A DNA stretch of 32,000 nt. Origin: Neiella litorisoli (lineage in GTDB: Bacteria > Pseudomonadota > Gammaproteobacteria > Enterobacterales > Neiellaceae). The notes below the pieces were generated by a model that had not been told where the DNA came from, did not search any database, and saw only the letters and a list, made by a program, of their open reading frames with translations. The stretch's first letter is position 1. Every line of letters begins with the position of its first letter. This document shows positions 1-7,763 of this stretch, piece after piece. The translations under genes were made by a program, and so were the position numbers. The DNA is taken from the NCBI RefSeq assembly GCF_014773395.1, contig NZ_JACXAF010000009.1, positions 145,247 to 177,246 on the forward strand, given 5' to 3'.

Positions 1-345
1 CGTACGCATTTTGTCGATCCCAAGGATATTACCCGTCTGCTTAATAATCGACGGAGTTGGCGGCGTTCTAAGCGTGGCCAGCGACCAAAATTAGTTGCAG
101 TGACCGTTCAAACCAAAGAGCGCATTGCCGCCTTAGTCGATTTGTTTGGTTATGATTCTGAAAGTGATCTGCTGGTTGAGTTGCTGAATGCCGTAGGAAT
201 GGATCCCGAAACGCTGTCAGATAACACTATCGCCGGCGTACAGGTTTGCGTTCCTGTAGTGTTGCGTGATGAACGGACGGCTGACCAGCTGGTGGCGACA
301 TTAAAGAATCAACTACCCAGCCCATATTGTGATCTGCTTGGCTAG
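1..345 (+). CDS. Hypothetical protein; 3' part of a CDS entering from the left window edge, with a possible ribbon-helix-helix-like segment
   Basis: Frame 1 is open from nt 1 to the TAG at 343-345, so the 100..345 (GTG) ORF in the track is probably an internal piece. A basic stretch RRSWRRSKRGQRPK is followed by KLVAVTVQTKERIAALVDLFGYDSESDLLVELL. That strand-helix-helix pattern is only a pattern-level resemblance to RHH DNA binders. Confidence 0.4.
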   Translation, partial: RTHFVDPKDITRLLNNRRSWRRSKRGQRPKLVAVTVQTKERIAALVDLFGYDSESDLLVELLNAVGMDPETLSDNTIAGVQVCVPVVLRDERTADQLVATLKNQLPSPYCDLLG

Positions 346-1379
346 CTACTCGTGGTACATAATTTCATCGTGTCTGACGCTGTTGCGTAGTTACTACCGT
401 AATCCCGAGCGTTTCGCAGTGTGGTGCGGTATTCAGTAATTAGTTTGATCGCGGTCTTCATCTGCGCGTTGAAGTTAATCGTGTTCTGTTCTGCGCCCTT
501 TGCCATCGGGACATTATTTTCATTCTGTTTTGCTATAGTCGCTGCCGATTCGACAGGCTCTGTGACTGCGCTCTCTGCATTTAGTTCAGCGACACGGGTT
601 TGCAATGTTTGCATCACCGCCCTAATGTCTGGCCTTGAGTTAATGCGAGCCTCATATAAAGCGATGTAGGCAGCATTAGTCGCATCGAGTATGTTTAGCC
701 CTATACCATCAACACCCATTTCATACTTTTTAAGCAGATCAAGAACGCTATCGTGGTTGCTGATAATACTCTCGGTGGCGCTTCGTAATTGCTCCAGTCG
801 TTGCTCGTGCCCTGCAGGTGCTACGACACTGCTCCAATCGATTTTTGATAAGTCAGAGTGGCGCTTCCCCAATGCGTCTCGATACTCATGAAACGTCGTA
901 ATTGTAGGTTCGCGTGGCAATACTAAGGTTCGCGTGGTCAAAATACACTGCATCATTGAGGCAGTATTTTTTAGCGCTATCTTGAGTTCCGCTGGATTGT
1001 TGTATTGCTTGATGCTCGCGAGTCCCGCTATCGTCAACCCACTGGCCTTTAGTAGATCTTCATGGGCGCCAAACGTGGCGGCTGCAGCAGCCACCAACGA
1101 ACCGGCCAGCATCGACATATCTAATATGGCTTCATTTTCATCGGCTTCATTGATTGCGCTCAATAGGTTTTTTTGGAATTGAGCTGTGTATTCGTAGGAT
1201 AAGCACGGTGATAGGCGGTTGCTAATACTCTGTGACGCCGAGCAGTAATCTTGGAGTGTTTTGAGTTTCTCGTATTTATCCTTGGTGTCAGCATTCTCAG
1301 CCGGATCAAGGTTGGGAGGCACAGTTGCGCAACCTAATACCACAGTTGTTGCGCAAGCTAAGGTCAGTCCCTTGAACAT
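342..1379 (-). CDS. Lipoprotein of unknown function, last gene of the Cys-rich protein operon
   Basis: The 345-aa ORF starts MFKGLTLACATTVVLGC, a signal peptide with an L-G-C lipobox. An AAGGAAGGAA Shine-Dalgarno (SD) lies upstream of the ATG at 1377-1379. The body is Ala/Leu-rich and looks helical. It lies 77 bp downstream of the 654-aa gene on the same strand. Confidence 0.75.
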   Translation of the reverse strand: MFKGLTLACATTVVLGCATVPPNLDPAENADTKDKYEKLKTLQDYCSASQSISNRLSPCLSYEYTAQFQKNLLSAINEADENEAILDMSMLAGSLVAAAAATFGAHEDLLKASGLTIAGLASIKQYNNPAELKIALKNTASMMQCILTTRTLVLPREPTITTFHEYRDALGKRHSDLSKIDWSSVVAPAGHEQRLEQLRSATESIISNHDSVLDLLKKYEMGVDGIGLNILDATNAAYIALYEARINSRPDIRAVMQTLQTRVAELNAESAVTEPVESAATIAKQNENNVPMAKGAEQNTINFNAQMKTAIKLITEYRTTLRNARDYGSNYATASDTMKLCTTSS

Positions 1380-1456
1380 GGTGATATTCCTTCCTTGTGG
1401 TCACTTTTTGACCTTAGTAGGAATATCACCTTCTTGCAAGTTCGTACCCGTCCACT

Positions 1457-3421
1457 CTAAAGCAGGGGAATGATCGGTGCTGTCACGACTTTTTCGCAGT
1501 GATCATCGGCTAGGACATATTGATATTCATCATTGGTGCAGGTTCGCAAGGCTGGCTCTGTCACTGTCGTAACGCAACTATCGCCAGATTCCACCATTCC
1601 TGCTGGGCAGCCATTGTCCGATGGCGGTTGCCGGTCAATTTGTAAGCATGAATAACCGCTCAGCGTACCGCCATCAGGACAGACCCACGTCGGCGGTTCC
1701 TCCAGCCAGAATTCACATAGGTTGGTCGAACTATTGAATTCCCATGGCGTCGTATGACATTGCTCGTGAGGCATGGTTCCACCGGTCGTCTTTACGCATT
1801 TTTCGGCGGTAAATCCTCCATATCGAGTCTCAAGTTCCCATCCGGAGGGGCATGTTCCGGATTTATCTATCGGACTGCCAACAAAGCAATAATTGCGCCC
1901 TCCATCGTGGGGGTGGCTTTCAGGGCAGCTACCGTCTAGATTTTTCGGCGTGGCCCCTGCCCGACAACCACCTTCTGGTTGCCGGCCATATCCCTCTGGG
2001 CAATCGATTTGCCGGATCTCAAAACATAGCTCACCATTATAATCATCGGTATTCAACGAATTATGGCCGGATGGAAACGCTCCAGACGCACAGCGGTACT
2101 TATCATAATTGTGATTGCCAAAAATATACTGGCGCCAGCCTTCACATTGGCCGGAACGTGAATTGTAATCAACTCGCCCGCAATCTGGTGATGCACTATA
2201 TGATGTATCCGAAACGCATTCGTTGGCTTGTTCATCAAGCGTATAACCTTCAAGACAGCTCGATGGAACCGCATCATATCGAGTGACATCTTCGCATAGT
2301 GCTGCGTTTCCTTGGACGCTGGTGCCGCCATCATCACAGTAGTGATCTTTGCTCGCGGTGAGTGTTTTCTCACACCGTCCCGTGGCGTCGTTGTACGTGT
2401 AATCGTTCACTGAACAACCGTACGCAATGGGTCTAGTGTTAGCCTCTTTTAAGCAGTTCTCGTGATAGGCATCGAGAAACCAGCCAGTATCACATGAACC
2501 TGGTGTGTTATTCGTGGGACCGTTTTTGCACCAGTGTGTCGTAAGTCCGGTGTTGGCTTGGTACCAACCTTCTGGGCAAGGTTCATCTAAGTCAAGTTGA
2601 ATGCGGTCGACATCGCAATCGCCGACATAGCCGGGATGGTATCCTTCAGGGCAGTTTACTGTGCCAATCAGGTGGCATTGCTCACGAGGAGGATTTGCAT
2701 AGGAGTCGCGTGAGTAACCAGGCGGACAGTTTGTAGTCACATAGGACGTCGTCGACGTCTTCTTTTCGCAGCTGTTACCATCGGTGTTTGAGTATCCGGC
2801 GGGACAGCGATAGGCGGCAGCAACCACAGTGCGCTTCTCGCACTCATCGCTTTGTTCGAGATAGGTGTCGTTACCTTCGCAGTTACTGGTTTTACTAATA
2901 GCCATCTCGCGTGAACACTTGTCACCATTCAGGAAATAGCCGACGAATAGTTCGCAACTCCAGATCGCAGGCTGAATATCGATGCTTTTGCAAATGGATT
3001 CATCGCTCAACTCGTAACCTGATGGACACCAAGTTGCTTGTACTGTGTCAATACCCACCTTCCATGACGCAATGCCTTCGACATGATCGCTGTTTGGATA
3101 GATCGGGATCTTGAAGTACCCCGGCGTCAGGATTTCAATATCGACCAGCTGGGTGATTCCGGGGGGGATCGAGCGGCCATTTACCACAATGCCAAATGGA
3201 CTGTCTTCGGCGACTCTTACTCGCAGTGTGTTGATGCCTCTGGCGAGTAACCCTTTGCTATCTTTGATGTCATTAACCTCAATAAAAGCCATTGGCGAGC
3301 CATCTTGGTAGACAAATGATTGCGCGAAACCGAAGGTATCTTGTATTCCCATGTCGATATCGGATGCCCACGTTGTTCCTATCATCAATGCAGTAAGAAC
3401 TGCGACTATTTGGCGAAACAT
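1457..3421 (-). CDS. Secreted cysteine-rich repeat protein (654 aa), paralogue of the upstream 1122-aa protein
   Basis: Signal peptide MFRQIVAVLTALMIGTTWA. An AAGGAG SD lies 9 nt upstream of the ATG at 3419-3421, and the gap to the upstream stop is 15 nt. The Cys-free N-terminal domain (SDIDMGIQDTFGFAQSFVYQDGSPMAFIE...GIVVNGRSIPPG...FKIPIYPNSDHVEG...W) aligns with the N-terminus of the 3437..6805 product. The rest consists of degenerate two-Cys modules such as CPSGYELSDESIC, CPAGYSNTDGNSC, CPEGYHPGYVGDC and CPSGWELETRYGGFTAEKC. Confidence 0.85.
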   Translation of the reverse strand: MFRQIVAVLTALMIGTTWASDIDMGIQDTFGFAQSFVYQDGSPMAFIEVNDIKDSKGLLARGINTLRVRVAEDSPFGIVVNGRSIPPGITQLVDIEILTPGYFKIPIYPNSDHVEGIASWKVGIDTVQATWCPSGYELSDESICKSIDIQPAIWSCELFVGYFLNGDKCSREMAISKTSNCEGNDTYLEQSDECEKRTVVAAAYRCPAGYSNTDGNSCEKKTSTTSYVTTNCPPGYSRDSYANPPREQCHLIGTVNCPEGYHPGYVGDCDVDRIQLDLDEPCPEGWYQANTGLTTHWCKNGPTNNTPGSCDTGWFLDAYHENCLKEANTRPIAYGCSVNDYTYNDATGRCEKTLTASKDHYCDDGGTSVQGNAALCEDVTRYDAVPSSCLEGYTLDEQANECVSDTSYSASPDCGRVDYNSRSGQCEGWRQYIFGNHNYDKYRCASGAFPSGHNSLNTDDYNGELCFEIRQIDCPEGYGRQPEGGCRAGATPKNLDGSCPESHPHDGGRNYCFVGSPIDKSGTCPSGWELETRYGGFTAEKCVKTTGGTMPHEQCHTTPWEFNSSTNLCEFWLEEPPTWVCPDGGTLSGYSCLQIDRQPPSDNGCPAGMVESGDSCVTTVTEPALRTCTNDEYQYVLADDHCEKVVTAPIIPLL

Positions 3422-3436
3422 ACTGACTTCTCCTTG

Positions 3437-6400
3437 TTAGATCGCGACAAATGGCTCAGTGACCAGCATCTCGCACTGACCCTCAACGCGGTTGTAGATG
3501 AGCCCTTCGTTGCCGCAATCGGCACGTGCACTAACTGTCACCGTTTTGCGACAATAACCGTTATGCTGGTCAGCATAATCAGTCGGACAACCATCTTCTT
3601 GTTTCTGAACATATACATAGCGCCAGCAATTTTGCTTATCCAAGGTATAGTTTTCGGGGCACACGTAGCCGTGTGGCTCGGTGCTGATCAGTTCACAGTG
3701 CCCGTCGACTTCAGATTTACCGTCGTAACAATGTTTGGTGGCTGCTACGGTATTGGTTTGTTGGCAGTAGCTTCCAACAAGGGCCCACCCGTGATCACAA
3801 GTTAGCGAGTAAGGCGTCGTAACAAGCTGGCTACATCGTTCGCCATCAAGAGAGTAAGCACTTGGACATGTTTTATAGGCGGGTTTACTGAGTATTTGCT
3901 CACAACTTGTGCCCACCAGCGACCAGCCTGTATCACAGCTGTATGAAATTGCGCTGCTAGCGGTATGAGTACATCCAGATTCGGTTGTCGCCCAGCCACT
4001 AGCGCAAGATGGAGTCGCTGCGACAGTATCGAGCTTTCTGCATTGCTCTCCGGATAGAGACCACCCGCTGTCGCAACTGACCGAGTACGCCATGGTTCTG
4101 AGCTTTGAGCAGCTAGTCCCATTAAGTGTCCACCCAGTTGGACATGTTTTGGTGGCAGTAGTGGTTAACGTTCTCAGACAGTTAGTACCACTCAGGGTCC
4201 AGCCACTAGAGCAACTGTACGTATAAGAATCGTTGTTGATGATCGTTTTTTGGCACTGCGTACCGTTGAGGGTGTAGCCCGATGAGCAGGTTTTCGTTGC
4301 TGCGATCGTATTAGTTCTTGAGCAGCTGGTGCCATTGAGGCTCCAACCACTGCCGCACGCATAGTCATAACCATCGGTCACTGTTTTTGTGCAGGTGGAG
4401 CCGGACAGGCTATAGCCGCTTGGGCAGACTTTACTTGCAGTCGCAGTGTAGGTTCGTGAACAAGACGTACCAGACAATGACCAACCAGAAGCACACGAAT
4501 GGTCATAACCATCGGTCACTGTTTTTGTGCAGGTGGAGCCGGACAGGCTATAGCCGCTTGGGCAGACTTTACTTGCAGTCGCAGTGTAGGTTCGCGAACA
4601 AGACGTACCAGACAATGACCAACCAGAAGCGCACGAATAGTCATAACCATCGGTTACTGTTTTTGTGCAGGTGGAACCGGACAGGCTATAGCCGCTTGGG
4701 CAAACTTTATTTGCAGTCGCAGTGTAGGTTCGCGAACAAGACGTGCCAGACAATGACCAACCAGAAGCACATGAGTAAGAGATACTTCTCAAGGTGAAAC
4801 GTTCACACTCTCCGCCATTGAGTGCGTAGCCGTTCGAGCAAGTAGCTGTCGCGGCTGAGCTGATAATCTCTTGGCAATAAGTTCCATTTACTAGAGTGCC
4901 GGATGGGCAAGATAGCCCTTCGGCTGGGTATAGTTGGACCAAGTCGCACATGGTTCCATTGAGAACCATTCTGACGTTTGGGCAGCTATATGTCGGTGTC
5001 TGAGTGGTTCTTTTTGCACAGAAGTCCCATGCGAGGCTGTAACCACTAGGACAGCTTTTGGTCGCTGCTTCTGTGCTTGTTTTGGAGCAGGTGGTGCCTG
5101 ATAGGGTGTAGCCGCTATTACAGCTCAGGCTATAGGCCGTCGAGACTAATTTTTGACAAGTCGAGCCGGAGTCCGAGTAGCCACTAGGACAGCTTTTGGT
5201 CGCTGCTGCTGTGCTGGTTTTGGAGCAGGTGGTGCCTGATAGGGTATAGCCACTATTACAGCTCAGGCTATAATCCGTCGAGACTAATTTTTGACAAGTC
5301 GAGCCGGAATCAGAGTAGCCACTAGGGCAGCTTTTGGTCGCTGCTGCTGTGCTGGTTTTGGAGCAGGTGGTGCCTGATAGGGTATAGCCGCTATTACAGC
5401 TCAGGCTATAGGCCGTCGAGACTAATTTTTGACAAGTCGAGCCGGAGTCAGAGTAGCCACTAGGACAGCTTTTGGTCGCTGCTGTCGTCGTTGTCTTAGA
5501 GCATGTGGTACCTGATCGCGTGTAACCACTACTACAGCTATAAGTGATCGATGTAGTCACGACCTCTGATTTGGTACAGTTTGTCCCGGTATCTGCGTAG
5601 CCATTTGGACAGCTTGCCGCGGCAGTGGTTACCGAGCCTTTGGTGCAAGTTGTTCCGCTAAGTGTCCACCCCGATTCGCACTGATATGCGACGGTTTGAG
5701 TGTCAGTCCTTTCGCAGCGATTACCATTGAGCGAATATGATGCGTCGTCACAACTCCGGTCTGCTGCTACCGTATAGTTCATTTCACATGAGGTGCCACT
5801 GAGTGTCCAGCCGCTAGCGCATTTGTACTCATATGGCTGCGTCGTGATCTTTTGGCAAACGGAACCGGTGTTGGTCATGCCAGTCGGACAGCTTTCATCG
5901 GCCGCTACGGTATTTGACTGGGTGCAATTCGTTCCGCTGAGAGTCCAACCTGTGTCACACGTATAGCTATAGGCGACCGTGAGGGTGTCCTCACACCGCT
6001 CACCGCTCAGACTTCCGCTTGAACACACTTTGTCTGCAGCAACGGTGTCCGTTTTCGAGCACTGCGTGCCATCGAGCGACCAACCAGTCTGACACTGGTA
6101 ATCAAGCGGTGCGGTATCAATACGCTGACAATCCGAGCCGGCATCGATGAAGCCTTCAGGGCAAGTGGCTGTCGCGGCTTGAACATCTTGTTGACGGCAA
6201 TCGCCCCCACCATAATCGATCCAACCAACAGGACAGGATGTGGGCATCGGCAACTCATGGATCTGAATGCATTCATCGCCTTCTGCGAGGACAAAGCCCG
6301 CTTCGCATTGCCATGTAACAGCTTCTACCAACAGTTTTTCGCAGTGATCACTCTGCTCGTTGTACCCTGTCGCAGTGAAACCATCACGGCACCAGTCGGC

Positions 6401-6784
6401 AATAATGTCATCAATGGTTGCTTCCCATTGGAGCCGGCCGGTGACATTATCGCTAGCAGGATAAATCGGCAGCTTGACTCTGCCGGGGGTGGTGACATTG
6501 ATGGTTACAGGCACTTCATGCCCTGGCCAAATCGTGGCGCCATTAACGACAATGCCGTATGGCGCATCAGCGCCTAGGCTAACGCGCATAATGCTTTCGC
6601 CACGCGCAGGGGCTCCGCTATCATCCGACAAACCCGTACCCTCGATATACGCCATCGGTTCGCCATTGGCATAACTAAATGAGCGCGGTTTGCCGAAGGT
6701 CTCTTGCGTACCCATGTCGATTTCATTGGCTGCTACGACGCTGTGCAGGCACAGGAGCAACAGAGCTGTCAGACGATAGAGCAT
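3437..6784 (-). CDS. Very large secreted cysteine-rich tandem-module protein (1115 aa from ATG 6784; 1122 aa if the GTG at 6805 is used)
   Basis: One uninterrupted minus-strand ORF. The ATG at 6782-6784 has an AAGGA SD 8 nt upstream and gives the signal peptide MLYRLTALLLLCLHSVVAA. The N-terminal domain is homologous to that of the 654-aa neighbour (NEIDMGTQETFGKPRSFSYANGEPMAYIE...GIVVNGATIWPG...VKLPIYPASDNVTG). It is followed by dozens of roughly 23-aa modules of the form C-x2-G-[WY]-[TS]-L-[SN]-G-[TS]-x-C with Ser/Thr-rich linkers. Confidence 0.9.
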   Translation of the reverse strand: MLYRLTALLLLCLHSVVAANEIDMGTQETFGKPRSFSYANGEPMAYIEGTGLSDDSGAPARGESIMRVSLGADAPYGIVVNGATIWPGHEVPVTINVTTPGRVKLPIYPASDNVTGRLQWEATIDDIIADWCRDGFTATGYNEQSDHCEKLLVEAVTWQCEAGFVLAEGDECIQIHELPMPTSCPVGWIDYGGGDCRQQDVQAATATCPEGFIDAGSDCQRIDTAPLDYQCQTGWSLDGTQCSKTDTVAADKVCSSGSLSGERCEDTLTVAYSYTCDTGWTLSGTNCTQSNTVAADESCPTGMTNTGSVCQKITTQPYEYKCASGWTLSGTSCEMNYTVAADRSCDDASYSLNGNRCERTDTQTVAYQCESGWTLSGTTCTKGSVTTAAASCPNGYADTGTNCTKSEVVTTSITYSCSSGYTRSGTTCSKTTTTAATKSCPSGYSDSGSTCQKLVSTAYSLSCNSGYTLSGTTCSKTSTAAATKSCPSGYSDSGSTCQKLVSTDYSLSCNSGYTLSGTTCSKTSTAAATKSCPSGYSDSGSTCQKLVSTAYSLSCNSGYTLSGTTCSKTSTEAATKSCPSGYSLAWDFCAKRTTQTPTYSCPNVRMVLNGTMCDLVQLYPAEGLSCPSGTLVNGTYCQEIISSAATATCSNGYALNGGECERFTLRSISYSCASGWSLSGTSCSRTYTATANKVCPSGYSLSGSTCTKTVTDGYDYSCASGWSLSGTSCSRTYTATASKVCPSGYSLSGSTCTKTVTDGYDHSCASGWSLSGTSCSRTYTATASKVCPSGYSLSGSTCTKTVTDGYDYACGSGWSLNGTSCSRTNTIAATKTCSSGYTLNGTQCQKTIINNDSYTYSCSSGWTLSGTNCLRTLTTTATKTCPTGWTLNGTSCSKLRTMAYSVSCDSGWSLSGEQCRKLDTVAATPSCASGWATTESGCTHTASSAISYSCDTGWSLVGTSCEQILSKPAYKTCPSAYSLDGERCSQLVTTPYSLTCDHGWALVGSYCQQTNTVAATKHCYDGKSEVDGHCELISTEPHGYVCPENYTLDKQNCWRYVYVQKQEDGCPTDYADQHNGYCRKTVTVSARADCGNEGLIYNRVEGQCEMLVTEPFVAI
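4371..4784. repeat. Three tandem copies of a 138-bp (46-aa) in-frame coding repeat inside the 1122-aa gene
   Basis: Copies start at 4371, 4509 and 4647 (ccatcggtcactgtttttgtgcaggtgg...). Copies 1 and 2 differ at 3 of 138 nt by my count, and copy 3 diverges towards its end. The encoded unit is VCPSGYSLSGSTCTKTVTDGYD[YH]SCASGWSLSGTSCSRTYTATA[SN]K. More degenerate copies flank the array. Confidence 0.9.
5043..5456. repeat. A second array of three tandem 138-bp (46-aa) in-frame coding repeats in the same gene, with a different unit sequence
   Basis: Copies start at 5043, 5181 and 5319, and a degenerate fourth copy starts at 5457 (ccactaggacagcttttggtcgctgc...). Neighbouring copies differ at about 5-8 of 138 nt by my count. 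The encoded unit is SCPSGYSDSGSTCQKLVST[AD]YSLSCNSGYTLSGTTCSKTSTAAATK. Confidence 0.9.
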
Positions 6785-7072
6785 TGCTTTATCCTTAAAG
6801 TCCACTTGTCATTGCAACAGACCCTACGCCAATTCGAATGCAATTAACGGTCATCTATCGAGCCAATTTTTCCGATAATTGATGCATTGAGGTATTTCGT
6901 AAGGCTCTGCTCCGTAGGCAGGTCAGATTTGTCCGTATTTGACGCTTGCCGAGTGCAGCAATGTCGGATCGCGACACCCGTCAACTAATTGGTCGTACCG
7001 AGACAAAAAGCATTGCTGTCTGCCACAGACGCACGTTAAGTTTCTTAACAGCGACAGTCTTGGAGGATTCGC

Positions 7073-7438
7073 ATGTACTTGAATTTAACCCCGTTGAATG
7101 CAGACGAGCTGCCCATTCGTCAGTGCTTTGATGTCGACCAACCAATGCGTCCGGTATTGCATGACATTCTTCGTCGTGCGGCACGCCCGAACCCGGATGT
7201 CTACGAAGTCGTCCAAGACCTGTTGGCCTTGGCCCTTTGGGTGCCAATTCACAATGGCAAGAATTTATTGGCATGGCCTGTAAGCCATCTGATTGTGGAA
7301 GAAGGGTTCGCCTTGTTACCTGAACTTGTCTCTGCGTGCTCTGAGCACTCCATCAAAGTCCAGCTATATGATGGTCAAACGGTTAATCCGCTTGTTGATG
7401 GTCACAACGGAGCGACGGTCGTTCGGCTGGCCGGTTAG
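7073..7438 (+). CDS. Hypothetical protein (121 aa)
   Basis: A GGAGGA SD lies 6 nt upstream of the ATG at 7073. No family motif recognised. The gene is divergent from the Cys-rich operon and on the same strand as tus. The overlapping ORFs 6981..7274(-), 7098..7283(+) and 7293..7577(+) lack comparable start signals. Confidence 0.55.
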   Translation: MYLNLTPLNADELPIRQCFDVDQPMRPVLHDILRRAARPNPDVYEVVQDLLALALWVPIHNGKNLLAWPVSHLIVEEGFALLPELVSACSEHSIKVQLYDGQTVNPLVDGHNGATVVRLAG

Positions 7439-7569
7439 GCCATCAACTCAGTTGTCTTGGCACTCCAGCAAGTTCTTGCTTGAAGCGTTACAGTCGAATA
7501 TTCCGTTCACTGATTTAACCCCAAGCAATATCCGGAAAGCATGCCCATTCCGGTCCTTACCGCCAGATA

Positions 7570-7749
7570 TATACTAAGGTTCCATGTTGCTCCCAAGTGT
7601 AAACCCCACTCCGATCTAAAACCGGAGACACCTGCGAAGCCGCCTTTTCTATTTATTTTTATTTTTTATTATTTTTTGGTTTTGTTTCGGGGCGGAATGG
7701 TGTGAGCCAGGGAGAGTAGTGGTTGTTTCCTACTTGGAACCTTAGTATA
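7570..7749. repeat. Perfect 15-bp inverted repeat pair (TATACTAAGGTTCCA at 7570-7584, TGGAACCTTAGTATA at 7735-7749) bracketing a 150-bp T-rich spacer; a candidate Tus-binding/Ter-like pair or the ends of a MITE
   Basis: Read directly from the sequence; the arms are exact reverse complements. The right arm ends 15 nt upstream of the tus ORF. If the arms are read as 13-bp TIRs (TACTAAGGTTCCA), both are flanked by TA. Confidence 0.6.
7641..7690 (+). other. Extreme T-rich (plus strand) tract
   Basis: The tract cgccttttctatttatttttattttttattattttttggttttgtttcgg has GC-rich sequence on both sides and lies in the middle of the inverted-repeat pair. It is likely to be easily melted or intrinsically curved DNA. 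Confidence 0.7.
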
Positions 7750-7753
7750 CAAT
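7723..7753 (+). promoter_or_regulatory. Candidate tus promoter overlapped by the right inverted-repeat arm
   Basis: A -35-like TTGTTT sits at 7723-7728 and a -10-like TATACAAT at 7746-7753, giving a 17-19 bp spacer depending on the hexamer chosen. The 15-mer at 7735-7749 lies between and over these elements. Assigned by eye only. Confidence 0.3.
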
Positions 7754-7763
7754 TATGGTGTAG

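Noticed and set aside
4387-4797. A 136-aa plus-strand ORF, and other plus-strand or alternative-frame ORFs between 1754 and 6674 that overlap the Cys-rich genes.
   Set aside because: These are antisense or shadow ORFs. Their periodic sequence (CRWSRTGYSRLGRLYLQSQCRF repeated) simply mirrors the 138-bp coding repeat. The minus-strand frames are uninterrupted for 654 and 1122 codons and have SD sequences and signal peptides.
4371-5456. The possibility that the regular repeats are a CRISPR array.
   Set aside because: The repeats are 138 bp and directly abutting, with no unique spacers. They are in frame within a long ORF and encode a recognisable protein module.
6981-7577. ORFs 6981..7274(-), 7098..7283(+) and 7293..7577(+).
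   Set aside because: They overlap the better-supported 7073..7438 gene (GGAGGA SD) or run into the non-coding tus upstream region. None has a convincing start signal.
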